Below are positions 1-10,991 of a stretch of DNA of 64,000 bases, piece after piece (positions within the stretch are counted from its first letter, which is position 1; each line of letters starts with the position of its first letter). The position numbers were made by a program, and so were the translations under genes. The DNA comes from Bilabrum cf. latius (Eukaryota), in the NCBI GenBank assembly GCA_965178125.1, contig OZ237766.1, positions 744,001-808,000 of the forward strand, written 5' to 3'. The notes beneath the pieces were generated by a model, which saw only the letters and a list, made by a program, of their open reading frames with translations, did no database searches and had not been told where the DNA came from.

Positions 1-2344
1 GCTCGAGAACAGCGCTGCTGATCCGGCCCCGGCCACTGCCGCCGTGCGGATCCTCCGAGACGGATGACGACGAGGAGGAGGTGATGTTGCCAGGCGCCAT
101 ATCACTGCCGTGCAGTGCACCAATTCCCAACCCCACAGCTCCACGGGCCCCTGGTGTCCCCGGGACGCTCACGCTGCCTGCAGATCTAGCCCCCAGCCCC
201 CCGTGCACGGGGCCCGCCCCCGCTTGTGCCCCGACCTCAGCCCCTGCCCCCCGCTGCTGCCCCTGCCCGTACATGCTGCCCAGCGACTGCGCCCCGATGG
301 ACAGCGCGCCCAGCCCCATGAAACCCCCTGCTGGACTACTCCCCCCCGGACTCTGGCTATGCTCCTGCACGTGCCCCTAGCCTTGATGCAGGCGCAGGGT
401 GTGCTGGGGTGCCCCCGGGGGTGTATCGCTGGGCATGGTCATCATCTGCTGCCTGTGCTCGTCCTTGATGTCCCGCTGATGCTGCATCATTTCAATGCTG
501 TTCTGCATCTGCTGTAGTGCGAGCATGCGCTGCATGTGCAGTGCACGGTGGTGGTGCAGCTGCTGCTCCCTGTAGGCCTCCGCAGGGCCGGTCATCCCAT
601 GCACGCCTGCATACCCCTAACCCCAGCCGGGGGACGATGCGGGGTGCCCCGGGGGGTACGAGGGGGCGCCAAAGGCCCCTTGGGCGGCCGCCGACAGACT
701 CTTCAGCCCCTCATGCCTCGAGCTGTGCGAGCTGGCGGTGCTGCGGTTGGACGAGACATGCTGGCTTGCCGGGCCAGTGTTTGGCAGGACGCCGCCCATG
801 CGATCCGGTCGGCGACCTGAATCATGGTACGACTGCCCGGGGCCCCGCCCGTGGAGTCCTGGAGCAGCAGGTGGCAGGCTGGGCGGCACCGGATGCAGAC
901 TGAACTCGGAGCCCTGTGAGTGTGACGAGTGTGCCGCCGGAGCGACGGGTGACTCGGGCCTGGAGCCGACTGCCACCCCATATCCCATGCCATGGGCCCC
1001 CTTGCCCTTGCCCTTGCCCTTGCCCTTGCCCTTGCCCTTGCCTTTGCCTTTGCCCGCTCTCCCCCTGCTTGACCCAGGCCCTGCCCTCGGGGCCCTCCCC
1101 TGCAGCGTGGCATCCGCGGCCCAGTCAGACACAACAGTGGGTCCGCCCAGGCCCAAATACTCCCGAAGGTGCGGGGGGACTGCAGGGCCCTGCTGGCCTG
1201 CCTCTGCTCCGCTTGGGCTGGAGCCATCCCCCCCCCTGCCTGCACCCTCGGCAGGGGGGGGCAGCACGGGGATGGCAGAGCACACGAACATCTGCGCCTG
1301 CCCGTCGCTTGCCCGCAGCAGGGACATGGACACCAGCGAGGACACGGTCCCTCGCCTGAACTTGCACAGCTTGCGGAAGCAGTGCACCATCGGAGTGCCG
1401 CACCCGTCCTGCCCCACGGTGCCAGCCAGCGGCCTGGACTGCGCCGCCACCATCATGGCAGCCCTGGCGTCTTCGCACGACTCGCAACTGTGGCGGGAGG
1501 CGTCCTCGGCCGATCCCTTTCCTCTTCCATTGCCTTTCCCCTTCCCCTTTCCTGTACCTCTACTTCGATCACTGCCCGCACTGATGCTTCCCTGTCCTGC
1601 CTCCGCTCCGTCACCACCGCCATCACCACCGCCATCACCACCGCCATCGCCACCGCCACCCCCATTTACCCCCCTGCCTTCCTGCTTGCCCTGGTGAATG
1701 AGGGAGGACACCACGTCGAACATGCTGTCCAGCTCGCTCTGGGGGGTCAGCGAGAACACGCTAGAGGCGCGGAGCTGGTCTGCCGTGTACCCCGTGAGCG
1801 CCCTGAACAGGGCGTTCGTGCGGCGGAAGGAGCCGTCCGGGGCTGCCACCGCCATGGCCACGGGCGCCAGTTCGAACACGCAGGGCAGCGGCAGGGGGGC
1901 GCCGGGCAGCGGCAGCAGAGCGCCGGGGGCAGGCACGGGGGTGGGTCGCACGGGGACTGGGGCGGTGTAAGAAGGGACTCCCCCTTGGGAAGGCAAGCCG
2001 CTTCCAGGCACGGCGGGTATGCTGGGGTACGTCTGCTGGGAGGCCGCCTCCGACTCGCCCCCGGTCCGGAGGGACGAGAGCAGGCTGGCCCCGGGATCAC
2101 CGCCGACATGTCCAGCAGTAGGCGGCATCATCCCCAGCTGGATCTTCAGCTGCAGGATGTACTCGTGTGCCCCCGCCAGGATGGAGAACTTGTCCCGGCG
2201 CGTTTCTCTGCCATCTGCCTGCAGCAGCGCGCGGAGGTCCTCGATCTTGAGGCGAATCCTCTCGGCACGGCGCTTTTCGCTGGCATTGTGGCTTTCTCGC
2301 TTTCCATCTCTGCGGGGTGTGGGCTCAAGAGCAACGGGGGACAT
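1..2344 (-). CDS. bHLH-PAS transcription factor, 3'-partial (runs off window start)
   Basis: bHLH motif KRESHNASEKRRAERIRLKIEDLRALL...DKFSILAGAHEYILQL, then a PAS-like segment FELAPVAMAVAAPDGSFRRTNALFRALTGYTADQL. The frame continues through TAGs at 617-619 and 377-379 into a Gln-rich tail with no TAA/TGA down to position 1. A (GK)n repeat lies at about 1000-1053. Confidence 0.85.
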
Positions 2345-2786
2345 TTAGGGTCGCACCGTGGCGGTTTGGCCGCGGTTTCGACCTACCTGGGACGTGTCTT
2401 GAGCAGCTGGACGAGAGCCGCAAGCGCCAAGATCCCCAAGGCAAAGCTCACGTGTGACCATTCTGCAAGAACCAGAGAAATACTTGCGAAGGCAGATAGA
2501 TTGATCCTAGTCGGCAAACTGAACACCAAACTCATCCGACCCAAACAGCAGTACAGAACTTACTTCCGTCCTTCGGCGTTTCATGCCTACTCCCTTGGAG
2601 CTTATGTATCACAATGCAAACAGTGGTGCAAGCAATCTGCCCAGTGGACTCCTCTAACAGGCACAACGTGGAGCATACCGGTCAATTATCGGAAGTGTTG
2701 CATTGTTGCGTGCTGTTATGGGCATTTCGTCTGGTAAAGTTTTCTGCGCAATCTTCTCGTGCAACAGCAGCTTTCAGAAGGAGACG

Positions 2787-3823
2787 ATGGGGTCCACTGA
2801 GGCCAAATAGACCTTTTGGTGTCTCACTGCAGTAGCAGCTTTCGTCAGCTGCTTTCTGGTGGGCTACAGTGTCGGTGAGATTCTGTCCATTCGGGCCCAC
2901 CTTGTACTCAATACATCCCTGCTGAACGGTACTTACAAGGCTTATTGAACAGCATCAAACACGCAGACACGTACCACCCGCTAGAAATGGCGTTCGTCAT
3001 GGATCAGAACCGAGGCGTGCCCGAGACAGGCAGGCTATACAACAATGGTGGTGGGCGGATCATGACGGGGCTGGGACGCAGGTTTGGTTTCAAGTATCCC
3101 AGGAATGCACGTCGGCTGCTTTTCGTCAATGGACAAGGCGCGATGTCTCGACTGATTAGCGGCCGCCTTCGAGACGGCTTGCAAGTCGACATCGGCTTGT
3201 CCGTGCAGTACAAGCTCAGGCAAAGCCAGCAAGAGATGGAAGATCTGTTGTACTCCTACGGCGACGACTGGGAGTCGTTTTACGTGAGGTACATCCGTGG
3301 GGCCGCGCGCAACGTGCTCTCTCAGCACGGCGTGTTTGACATGTGGGAGCGCAGGGGCGACATCCAGGCGGGCCTGGAGCGCGAGATCGGGAACGTGCTG
3401 CGGCGGAGGCACGCCGACCTGGTGGCGGTGCAGCTGTTGAGCCTGGACATCCCCGCGGCAGTGCAGAGCGCGATCGAGAGCACGACGGTGATGGCGCAGA
3501 ACCAGTTCGAGGCATTCGAGCGCAAGGCCGCGACCAACGTGAGCGAGTACACGAGGTTCTTCGAGGCGGACAGGGACGCGGACATTTAGGTGATCAACGC
3601 GAGGAAGGACGGGTTCGTGCTGCTTAGACAGGCCGAGGCAGCGGCCACCTCCCGGCAGCTGGAGATCGACGCGCAAGCCGACTCTCTGGTGGAGCTGCAG
3701 CGTGGCCTCAACATCACGGACAAGGACCTGCTGCTGGCGCTGCTGTACATGGACACACTGTCTGCCACCAGCTCCAGGGTCAGGTTTGGGGTACCGCAGG
3801 CGCAGGCAACCGTGCAGTCATGA
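2787..3823 (+). CDS. SPFH/band-7 (prohibitin-like) membrane protein; exons 2787-2874 and 2967-3823
   Basis: N-terminal anchor FWCLTAVAAFVSCFLVGYSV. A GT-AG intron at 2875-2966 restores the frame. SPFH-like motifs RLRDGLQVDIGLSVQYKL and VQLLSLDIPAAVQSAIE. In-frame TAG at 2808 and 3587; ends TGA. Confidence 0.8.
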
Positions 3824-4277
3824 AGCAAGCTGTCGTTGGATCTGGCACGAATCCAAAAAGGATGCAAGTTCGAAATTCACCCTGTAGATTAGCAAGATAG
3901 ACTACCGGGTACTACGGGTAGCTGCAATCCCGGGTGCCCCACACGTAGCAACCTGCCACGCTTCTCCCACGCCCAACCCTATGCGTAGTGTCTTCTTTGT
4001 GTGGAACCCAACAGGAATGGAAGCTAACTCGGGCACCTCGCAAACTCAATGCTCGCCGAAGTGCAATGCCTTAATTTGGGATGCCGTCCCCGGGGTGGAC
4101 GGCCATCCACTGCCAGTGGCACCCCCCGTCCCCCCCCCCCCCCCCCCAAGTAGCACCCTCGCGGGGCTCAGGGGTCTGAGTGCACTCAGTTCACAAAATA
4201 TCAGATCCCTCCCACCATATCAGCCGCCCTCGGCATTCGTTCGTTCGAGCCTTGCACACTCACAGTTCTTTGCACAA

Positions 4278-5413
4278 ATGGCAAGTTTCAGAGCTATGAA
4301 TGGGCGATTTACCTTCGCACACATGGTGCTGGCAGGATTTGCAGGCACACTCGTAGGATTCTTCGCATTTAACATCGCACAGACAGGGACAACTACTGCA
4401 GTAAGTCAGAAGCCAACACTGGTGCATGGTCCGCGGCTCAAGTATTGCTTAATCTCCGTGCGACATGAGTTTCAAAACAGATACTGCAGAGCGAAACGGC
4501 CTCTGGGTTGTAGCAAGCACGCACCACTCCTCAGGCTGCTGAGAGTACTACCGAGAAAGCATGCCCGGCGTGCGTTTGTGAGTGCGCTGCACAAAAGTGC
4601 CCGGCGTGCCATGGATCTTCACCTGAGGCTGCCATAGCCAGTGACCCTAAAAAAAGTACGTGCGAGGCGTCCTTCGATGTAGCGCCATACAAGTTGGAGC
4701 CGTTGGCCATCAGCAGGTACTCTCCAAGCAGCTTGTGGAGAAAACAAGGCCGCGGCCGCATGCATGAAAATGTCCCAGAAGATGTACAGATGGATGGCAT
4801 CGGCGACTTCTACTCGCTGCGGGCCAAGAAGCGGATGAATGGGTGGTACGAGCCTGGGCAGCTACCTACTCGCCTCAAGCACACGCAAGGCGCCCTACGT
4901 GACGTGCTTAAAATCAAGCCAACAGAGAGTGTCTTAGATCTAGGGTGCGGAAACGGCCTTACGACCCGGTTCATTCACAACGAGCTCGGTGTGAAGGACA
5001 TCATCGGCTCTGATCTGTCGGAAGGTCTCCTGGCAGCAGCAAGGAAGCACAACCCCAGCATCAAATTCATCCAGCACGACGCGACGACCCTGGACCTGGG
5101 GCGCACCTTTGACGTCATCGCTATGGTGGACTCTTTCGAGCACATCCCACAGGAGCTGTACGACGGCATGTTTAGCGTTCTCCGCTAGCACTCCAAGGAA
5201 GGCACGCGCGTATTCTTCTCGATCCCGGCCCCAGAGTTCCAGATCCAAATCTGGAACGAAGGAAAGTCCTATGCACAACCTGTGGACGAGAGCGTGTGGC
5301 CCTCTAAACTGGCCCAGCGCTTGGAAGAAAACGGATTCTCGCTGAGGTACTGGAAGTACTGGAGCAACATTCGGGTGGATGCGGTAGCGGTGAGGCAGAA
5401 CCATGGGGCGTGA
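4278..5413 (+). CDS. Type II membrane class I SAM-dependent methyltransferase (copy 1)
   Basis: TM anchor in exon 1 (4278-4400); GTAAGT intron to CAG at 4480 or 4489. Motif I VLDLGCGNG and FDVIAMVDSFEHIP. In-frame TAG at 4511 and 5186; ends TGA 5411-5413. Paralog at 46192-47321. Confidence 0.85.
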
Positions 5414-5929
5414 GGGGAGACAAGCTAGCGCCGGCGGTAGGGCAGAACCAGGGGGCGTGAGTCCCGATTGTGATCATGATGCCACCAGTGATTCGTTTGT
5501 TCGTTCCGAGTCGTTCGTTCGTTCCGCGTTCGTTCCGAGTCGGTCCCATTTGCATGTAAGTGGAGCTGTGGCATGGTGGCTTGCCACTGGCAGTGGCGAG
5601 ATCAAGAGGGCAGGTAAAATGGACTGCCAGTGGAGGCCGTGCCATCGTTACTGCGACACCCATTTCCGTTTCCAGCGGTAAACTTCGCTACTTGTAGTAC
5701 ATAACCCTTCTACATAGGCTATCAGTATAGGCGTACTTTTTGCCTCGCACTCTCGCATGATAGATCGATATCGCTCGCTCGATCCTCTTTTGGGCACCGG
5801 CAGCCCGGTCAAGTTGTGTCCGCCGCGTGAGCTGTGCACCTGTATCGGCGTGTTCAGATTTTGATTTGTGGATCAATTTGACAAATGATCTTGGTTCTAT
5901 TGCTTGCCCCACACTTGCTTAGAGTCTAC

Positions 5930-7456
5930 TCATTGGAATGCCCATGCTGGCTCGGACGGGCAACTCTTCGCATCGGGTCCCCAGGGCCCTGAATCACAGC
6001 AACCCAGTGCGCTGCATCGTGGCAGCCAAAGCCTCCCCTCACCAACATCATCAACCTACCCGACCATGCAAGGCCCCCTGCAGGCCGGGTCTGTAAGCGG
6101 TCCCAACAGCCAGGCAAACAGCCCCACCCCCGCCAGGTACCCCGCCCACGCCATCGGCACCCACCACTGCACCACCCCCGCCTCCAGCAGCTCCACCACT
6201 GTCATTGGAGCCCCCTTCACCCTTTCCTCCTCCTCAGGCTCCGCCCCGCCCTCGTCTCCGTCCCACAGCCTCATACCCCCTGACAGCCGCCCCTCGAGGC
6301 CCTCCCTCGCGCGCACTAACCGGAGCAGGCCCTCCCGCCGTGCCTGCGCCCGGCTCCGAGTTGTCCCCAGGGTGACCCCCATGGTATCCAGGGGTATTCC
6401 CCGCAGTGCCCCCACATCGGGGAACCCAAAGAAGTTGCACAAGGAATGCGCAGCCATGCTGGCCCCTACGCTTCCGGTCCGAAGCATGACATACCCTGCA
6501 AACATGCCGAACAGCGTCGTGTACGCGAACTAAAAGATGCATTGCACTGTAGCTCGGCTTAGAGGTATGCGCTCCACGCGCACCAATCGGTACAGGTGGT
6601 GCAAGTGCGCCACCCCGAAGAGCAGCGGGGACATCAGTACTACCGCAGCATGCGAGAACCCGCCCTGTAGCAGCAGCGCACACACGCATGCCCTGAAGAC
6701 CCACTCCTCGGTGAAAGGGGCCACCACCAGGTTGCGACCGATCAGCAGCACCTGCTGCATGCGCGCCTCCTCACTGTCCCCGGGGTCCACCAAGTACCGC
6801 CCGCCCAGCCGCTTGGCACCGAGCTCGAGCGTCCTCCACAGCACGCCAAGCTCGAGGGGGGGCAGCGCCTGCTGCCAGCGCCTCGGGCCCTTCGAGAGGG
6901 CGCGGTCGGCTGCGGCCCGGGCTGCCTGCACTTCACCCTGCGCTTCAAATGACTGGCTCGGTGCGTCCGCGGCAACACCCCCACCAGTGCCCGCAAGCGG
7001 CGCCTCGGCGGCCTACTACTCGGCCCGCTCCATCGCCTACCGCAACTCGGTGGATTGGATGCATATTGCATCGGCGTGAGCCCAAACCCGTGCATCAGCC
7101 TACTGGATTGCCTGCAAGAATCCATGCATGCCGGATACGAGCACTGGTCCAAAGAACAGGGCCAGCACTAGCAACAATGATCTAGCGGTGGCGTCTACCA
7201 GCCTAACCATGTCTACCATGCCATGCAAGACGCCAAACGGAACATGAAACTGTCCCTAAATTGAATATATTGCTATGCTCGGCATAATTGCTAGAATGCA
7301 GTACAGTAGTGTCGCAATGCTCCTGAAGATGATCTGCTTGGGATGATCTCTGTCCAGTTTGCGAAGACTGCTTGGGGCCATGTACAAAATACCGACGAAT
7401 CCAACGGCAACCACAGTAGCAGCTCCTACAGCACCAGCTGCAGATATGGATTGCAT
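5930..7456 (-). CDS. RCE1: CAAX prenyl protease 2 (Rce1-like)
   Basis: Motifs RNLVVAPFTEEWVFR, FGVAHLHH, F*FAYTTLFG and HSLCNFFGFP. One continuous 509-codon frame with 7 in-frame TAGs (7256, 7100, 7037, 7016, 7013, 6530, 6056); ends TGA. Confidence 0.9.
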
Positions 7457-7639
7457 CGTATTCAGGGGGTAGCGGCAGTCAGTGATGCAATCGTAATTTT
7501 GACTTTTTCCACGAGTGTTGTTGCGACCGCAGCTCTTCCCGTGGTACACGGTGCCCCGGAGAGGCCCCGATACGACGGTGACCTAGGCGATCGATTTCCT
7601 GCGCTAGTGCCGGCCTTCGTGCTGGATCATGCCGCAGCG

Positions 7640-8716
7640 ATGTTCGTGGCCATGGATACAGTCACCCAGGGAGTGCGCAGGCACCGCATGGCCCACGCCG
7701 GGAGAGCTGCCACAGCGGCGGTGCAAGAAGCCGGCCGTGTGCTGCGCCAGGGCCAGCCTGCATGCCACCCGTGCGGCCTGCACCAGCTGCGGATGCAATG
7801 TGCGATTACAGCGCTCGTGCAGGCGCCAAAGGGCGCCTCGCCCGCGGAGATGCTGTGGGGGATGATTGTTCCAGTCGCGGTACAGCCAGCTGCGAGCAGC
7901 GGCTGGCAGTCCGGCGTGCGGAAGAGCCTGAAGGCTGCCGCCGCCTGCGTCCCAGCCGTGCAGCAGATGCTCAAGCCGTCACTCGGCCTGCACATGCTGT
8001 GCCAACGAGGGGAGAACTCGCGCGCGAGCGCCGTGGACGTGGCGCGAGCCGCACTGCCTGGAGCCCTGGCCAGGGCCTACTGCATTCGAACCAAGCGCGT
8101 GAGCCCGGATGTGCTGGGCACGAGGGTCCTCAGTTCGCCCGCCCCGCCAGAGCCGTCGGTTCCTACGCTGTCGGAGGAACAGCTCCAACTTGCCAATCTT
8201 CAGTGGAAGCTGTCCAGGCTCGGTTGCTAGCGGGACCTCACCGCAGCCACAGACCATTTTGAGTCGAAACGATCCGAGTACAGGCTGCCTGCCCACGCGC
8301 TGAAGTGCTTGTTGGCAGCGAAACAAGCACGCAAGGAGTCTGCTCGCACTGGCAGGGGAGTCGCTCGAAAGGCTGGGAGGGATGCGCAGAGCGCAAGCAG
8401 TGGGGGCAAGTCCGGCGCGAAGCTACGGCGCAAGTCCACCCGCACCGCAGCAGCATCTGCATCCGGACTGACCACCCATCGCCGCTCCGGGGGCGGCGAG
8501 ACCCCGGATACCCCAGAGCCCCTCGTGAATGACCGAGGCCCGGCAAGGCAAGACTCTTCGTTCATGTGGGCCCAGGCTGCCAAGGGCAACGGTGGTGGTC
8601 ACTATAAGTGGCGGGCGGCCATAGCCGATGTCGAGGAGGACGAGGATGATGGGCTGTAGAAGCCGGCATAGAGGGAAGCAGTCACGAGGCAGGCGCTCGC
8701 CCGCCGACGGGCATAA
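7640..8716 (+). CDS. Hypothetical protein, possibly transposon-associated; may extend to 9080 via a frameshift
   Basis: ORFs 7343-8230 and 8309-8659 share a frame joined by TAG; first TAA at 8714-8716. No recognisable domain. Adjacent sequence matches the interior of the long-TIR element. Confidence 0.3.
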
Positions 8717-8789
8717 CACACAGGTGGATGATGAGCTACCCACGCAGCCGGATGGCTCGGGCGACCTGGATGCCACGAGCATCCTCTCC

Positions 8790-9510
8790 AGCGGCACCGG
8801 GGTTGCGGACAGGAAGAGCAGCTCCCCGTCTGGCGTCGGCCAGGATGCATCTCTTTCGAGCGGCGATGCCGTAGCGGAGGGAGTTCACCTTGGTGGGGGT
8901 GGGATAGCGCGGAAGCCGCGGCACGGGCAGGGTGGGGCTGCCCAGCTCAGGATCGGCAGCAAGCGCCGTTGCCGCGGGGCGGAGGCCAAGGCCGACGGAC
9001 AGGGCACGGCTTCCGCGCCCGACGAAGAGGAGTCGCGCCCTTACAAGAAGGTTAGATTCATCGAACCAAATACTGCTTGATTTACGTGCGTTTCTGTACA
9101 TTGTCCTAGTCTAGCAGAGGAGCATCATGCCGGGAAGCCTCCGACCGCTGCCCAGGCGGTCGAACCGCACACCTGCGGCGATGCCAGCTCTATCTACCAC
9201 GCAAACGGCCATAAAGATAGCAAAATACCCGTGCCCGAGCCGAAAAAAAGAAAACCCTAGGCTCGGGCGGAGGGCGCCCCTGCCCGAGCCCAATGCTAGG
9301 CTCGGGCGCAGGTACTCGGCGCCCGAGCCTAACTTTCCGCTCGGGCGCAATCGCTGAAATCGCGGCAAACCCAGTTTAAATATAAAATTATTCGGCTTGG
9401 GCAAAGTTGTCCCGTGCCCGAGCCGAAAGTTTGGCTCGGGCATGGCCGCCCTCCGCCACAGCCCAAAGTTCCGCTGCGGCGCCAATGGCACTGCCAGTGG
9501 CAGCGGGGGA
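8790..9510. mobile_element. Partial, diverged copy of the long-TIR element (right interior plus right TIR)
   Basis: Clear similarity to about 18620-19309, including the GCCCGAGCC-rich arm ending CAGCGGGGGA. No left arm found. Confidence 0.85.
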
Positions 9511-9544
9511 GGCTCCGCAAGATCGGGAAAACCAGCACTTCACG

Positions 9545-10563
9545 ATGTCGAACGTTTGGAGCATGATCTGCAACCTGATGGTTGAACATTATGATATGAA
9601 TGTAGCAAAGGAGTTCGATGTATTTGGCGGAACACTAGTCAGCCGGCGAAGCTTCGGCGACGTGTGCAGCAGGTGCGGATTCTCGCAGACGACGCATTCA
9701 GCGTATGCTGCAGCGTTCTTGGTCGAAGCAGGTGTCCAGTACTGGGTCAAAGACCGGGTGAGAGGTGCCTGACATGCGCTTGCAAACTGCTTGCTGTGTG
9801 TGGTTTGGTTGAGTGCATCTACTGACAGCTACGTTCAAGCCTCTATGAGGATACATACCAGCCGAAAGTCTTGACCTCCCAGGATGGACAATCGGCAATT
9901 CAACTTGCCGAGCAGCTGGAAGACGAGCACGTGGTGGGACAGATACGGGCAAGCATCCGAAGGCGAAAGATCCGAAGCCTGCTGCTGTGGAAACGAGCGC
10001 ACCTGGCGCAGAAAGACGCCAATCTTGTGCTCTTGGCTGCTGCGAATGGGTGGCCCATGGAGCTCGCGAAGAGACTCAGGCTGGGCAAGCTCGTAGGGTC
10101 GTATTCCACGATTGGTCGGCTTCAGGCAGGACCACCCAGGGAGCTGATCCGATGTAGCCCGCTAGATGCAGCGCGTCTTGGAGGGCACAGCGAGTGCGCG
10201 AGTCTCCTGAGATAGGCACTGAAAGCAGAGCCTTGTGCGCGGGGGCTGGAGGCGAACGGTGCGTGTCGCCCTGAAGCGGCACGATTGCCTTGCTCCTGGA
10301 TTCTGCTCGACGACCGCGTTCGCCAGTGGGAGCGCAGGGTGCTTCCGAAGGGCTTGCAGGTGTGGACCGTGCCGTGTGCGATCCCCACACCAGAAGGTGG
10401 ACGTGCTCATGCTGACAATGGCAAAAGCCGACAGGATGACAAGGGATCGTCCAGCGTAGGAGGGCAAGGGTAGACTGTGGCATGGGAGGCGGATGCCATG
10501 TGGGCCCAGCTGTCGAAGAATTGGTTCGGGGGGAAGGACGGGGGCAAACCGGTGCGTGATTGA
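9545..10563 (+). CDS. Ankyrin-repeat protein, short paralog; exons about 9545-9757 and 9883-10563
   Basis: Homologous to 10992-13179 with the same intron position (YWVKDR/GTGAG...CAG/DGQSAIQLA). Ankyrin-like SPLDAARLGGHSECASLL. TAGs at 10213 and 10471; ends TGA. Start uncertain. Confidence 0.6.
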
Positions 10564-10991
10564 TAAATCAATCTATGTGTGATGCTACGTGAAATCCGCT
10601 CTACCAGGACCACTTGCTGAGAAGGACGCCGGGCCTGCATTCCACTTGCTGAGAAGGACGCCGTGCCAGGTTCATGAGCATAGCAGGTGCTGCTGTGCAG
10701 ACGCTGGTGCAAATGCATGCTACTAGCAGCTGATCCTCGTGACACAAGTGCCATCCAACGGATGAGCTAAAACTAGTCTCGCTGACGTGCCTTGGCACAA
10801 CTTATACAAATGATGGATTGTCTGAAAACCTGGCAACCAATCTAGAATCCGGATCCCGGATGCTGTCCAATCTAGTGGGTGTGATGAGTGGGTGGTGAAA
10901 GAGCCCAATCTGTCCATGCAATCGAAACCAGGACCATACTTACTTGTTGAGTATACAATCACAAAAGCAGCTGTATATATCCAGTTGTAGC

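Noticed and set aside
738-2737. Long antisense ORFs (also 38166-39620, 39119-40072, 55607-56722)
   Set aside because: These are shadows of GC-rich coding sequence on the opposite strand.
4130-4147. Poly-C run and other simple repeats (GTTC-rich 5493-5542, TCTAGAC 57058-57078)
   Set aside because: Ordinary low-complexity sequence with no supportable function.
10610-10663. 22-bp direct repeat pair resembling a CRISPR unit
   Set aside because: Only two copies with a 10-bp spacer, no cas genes, and a eukaryotic context.
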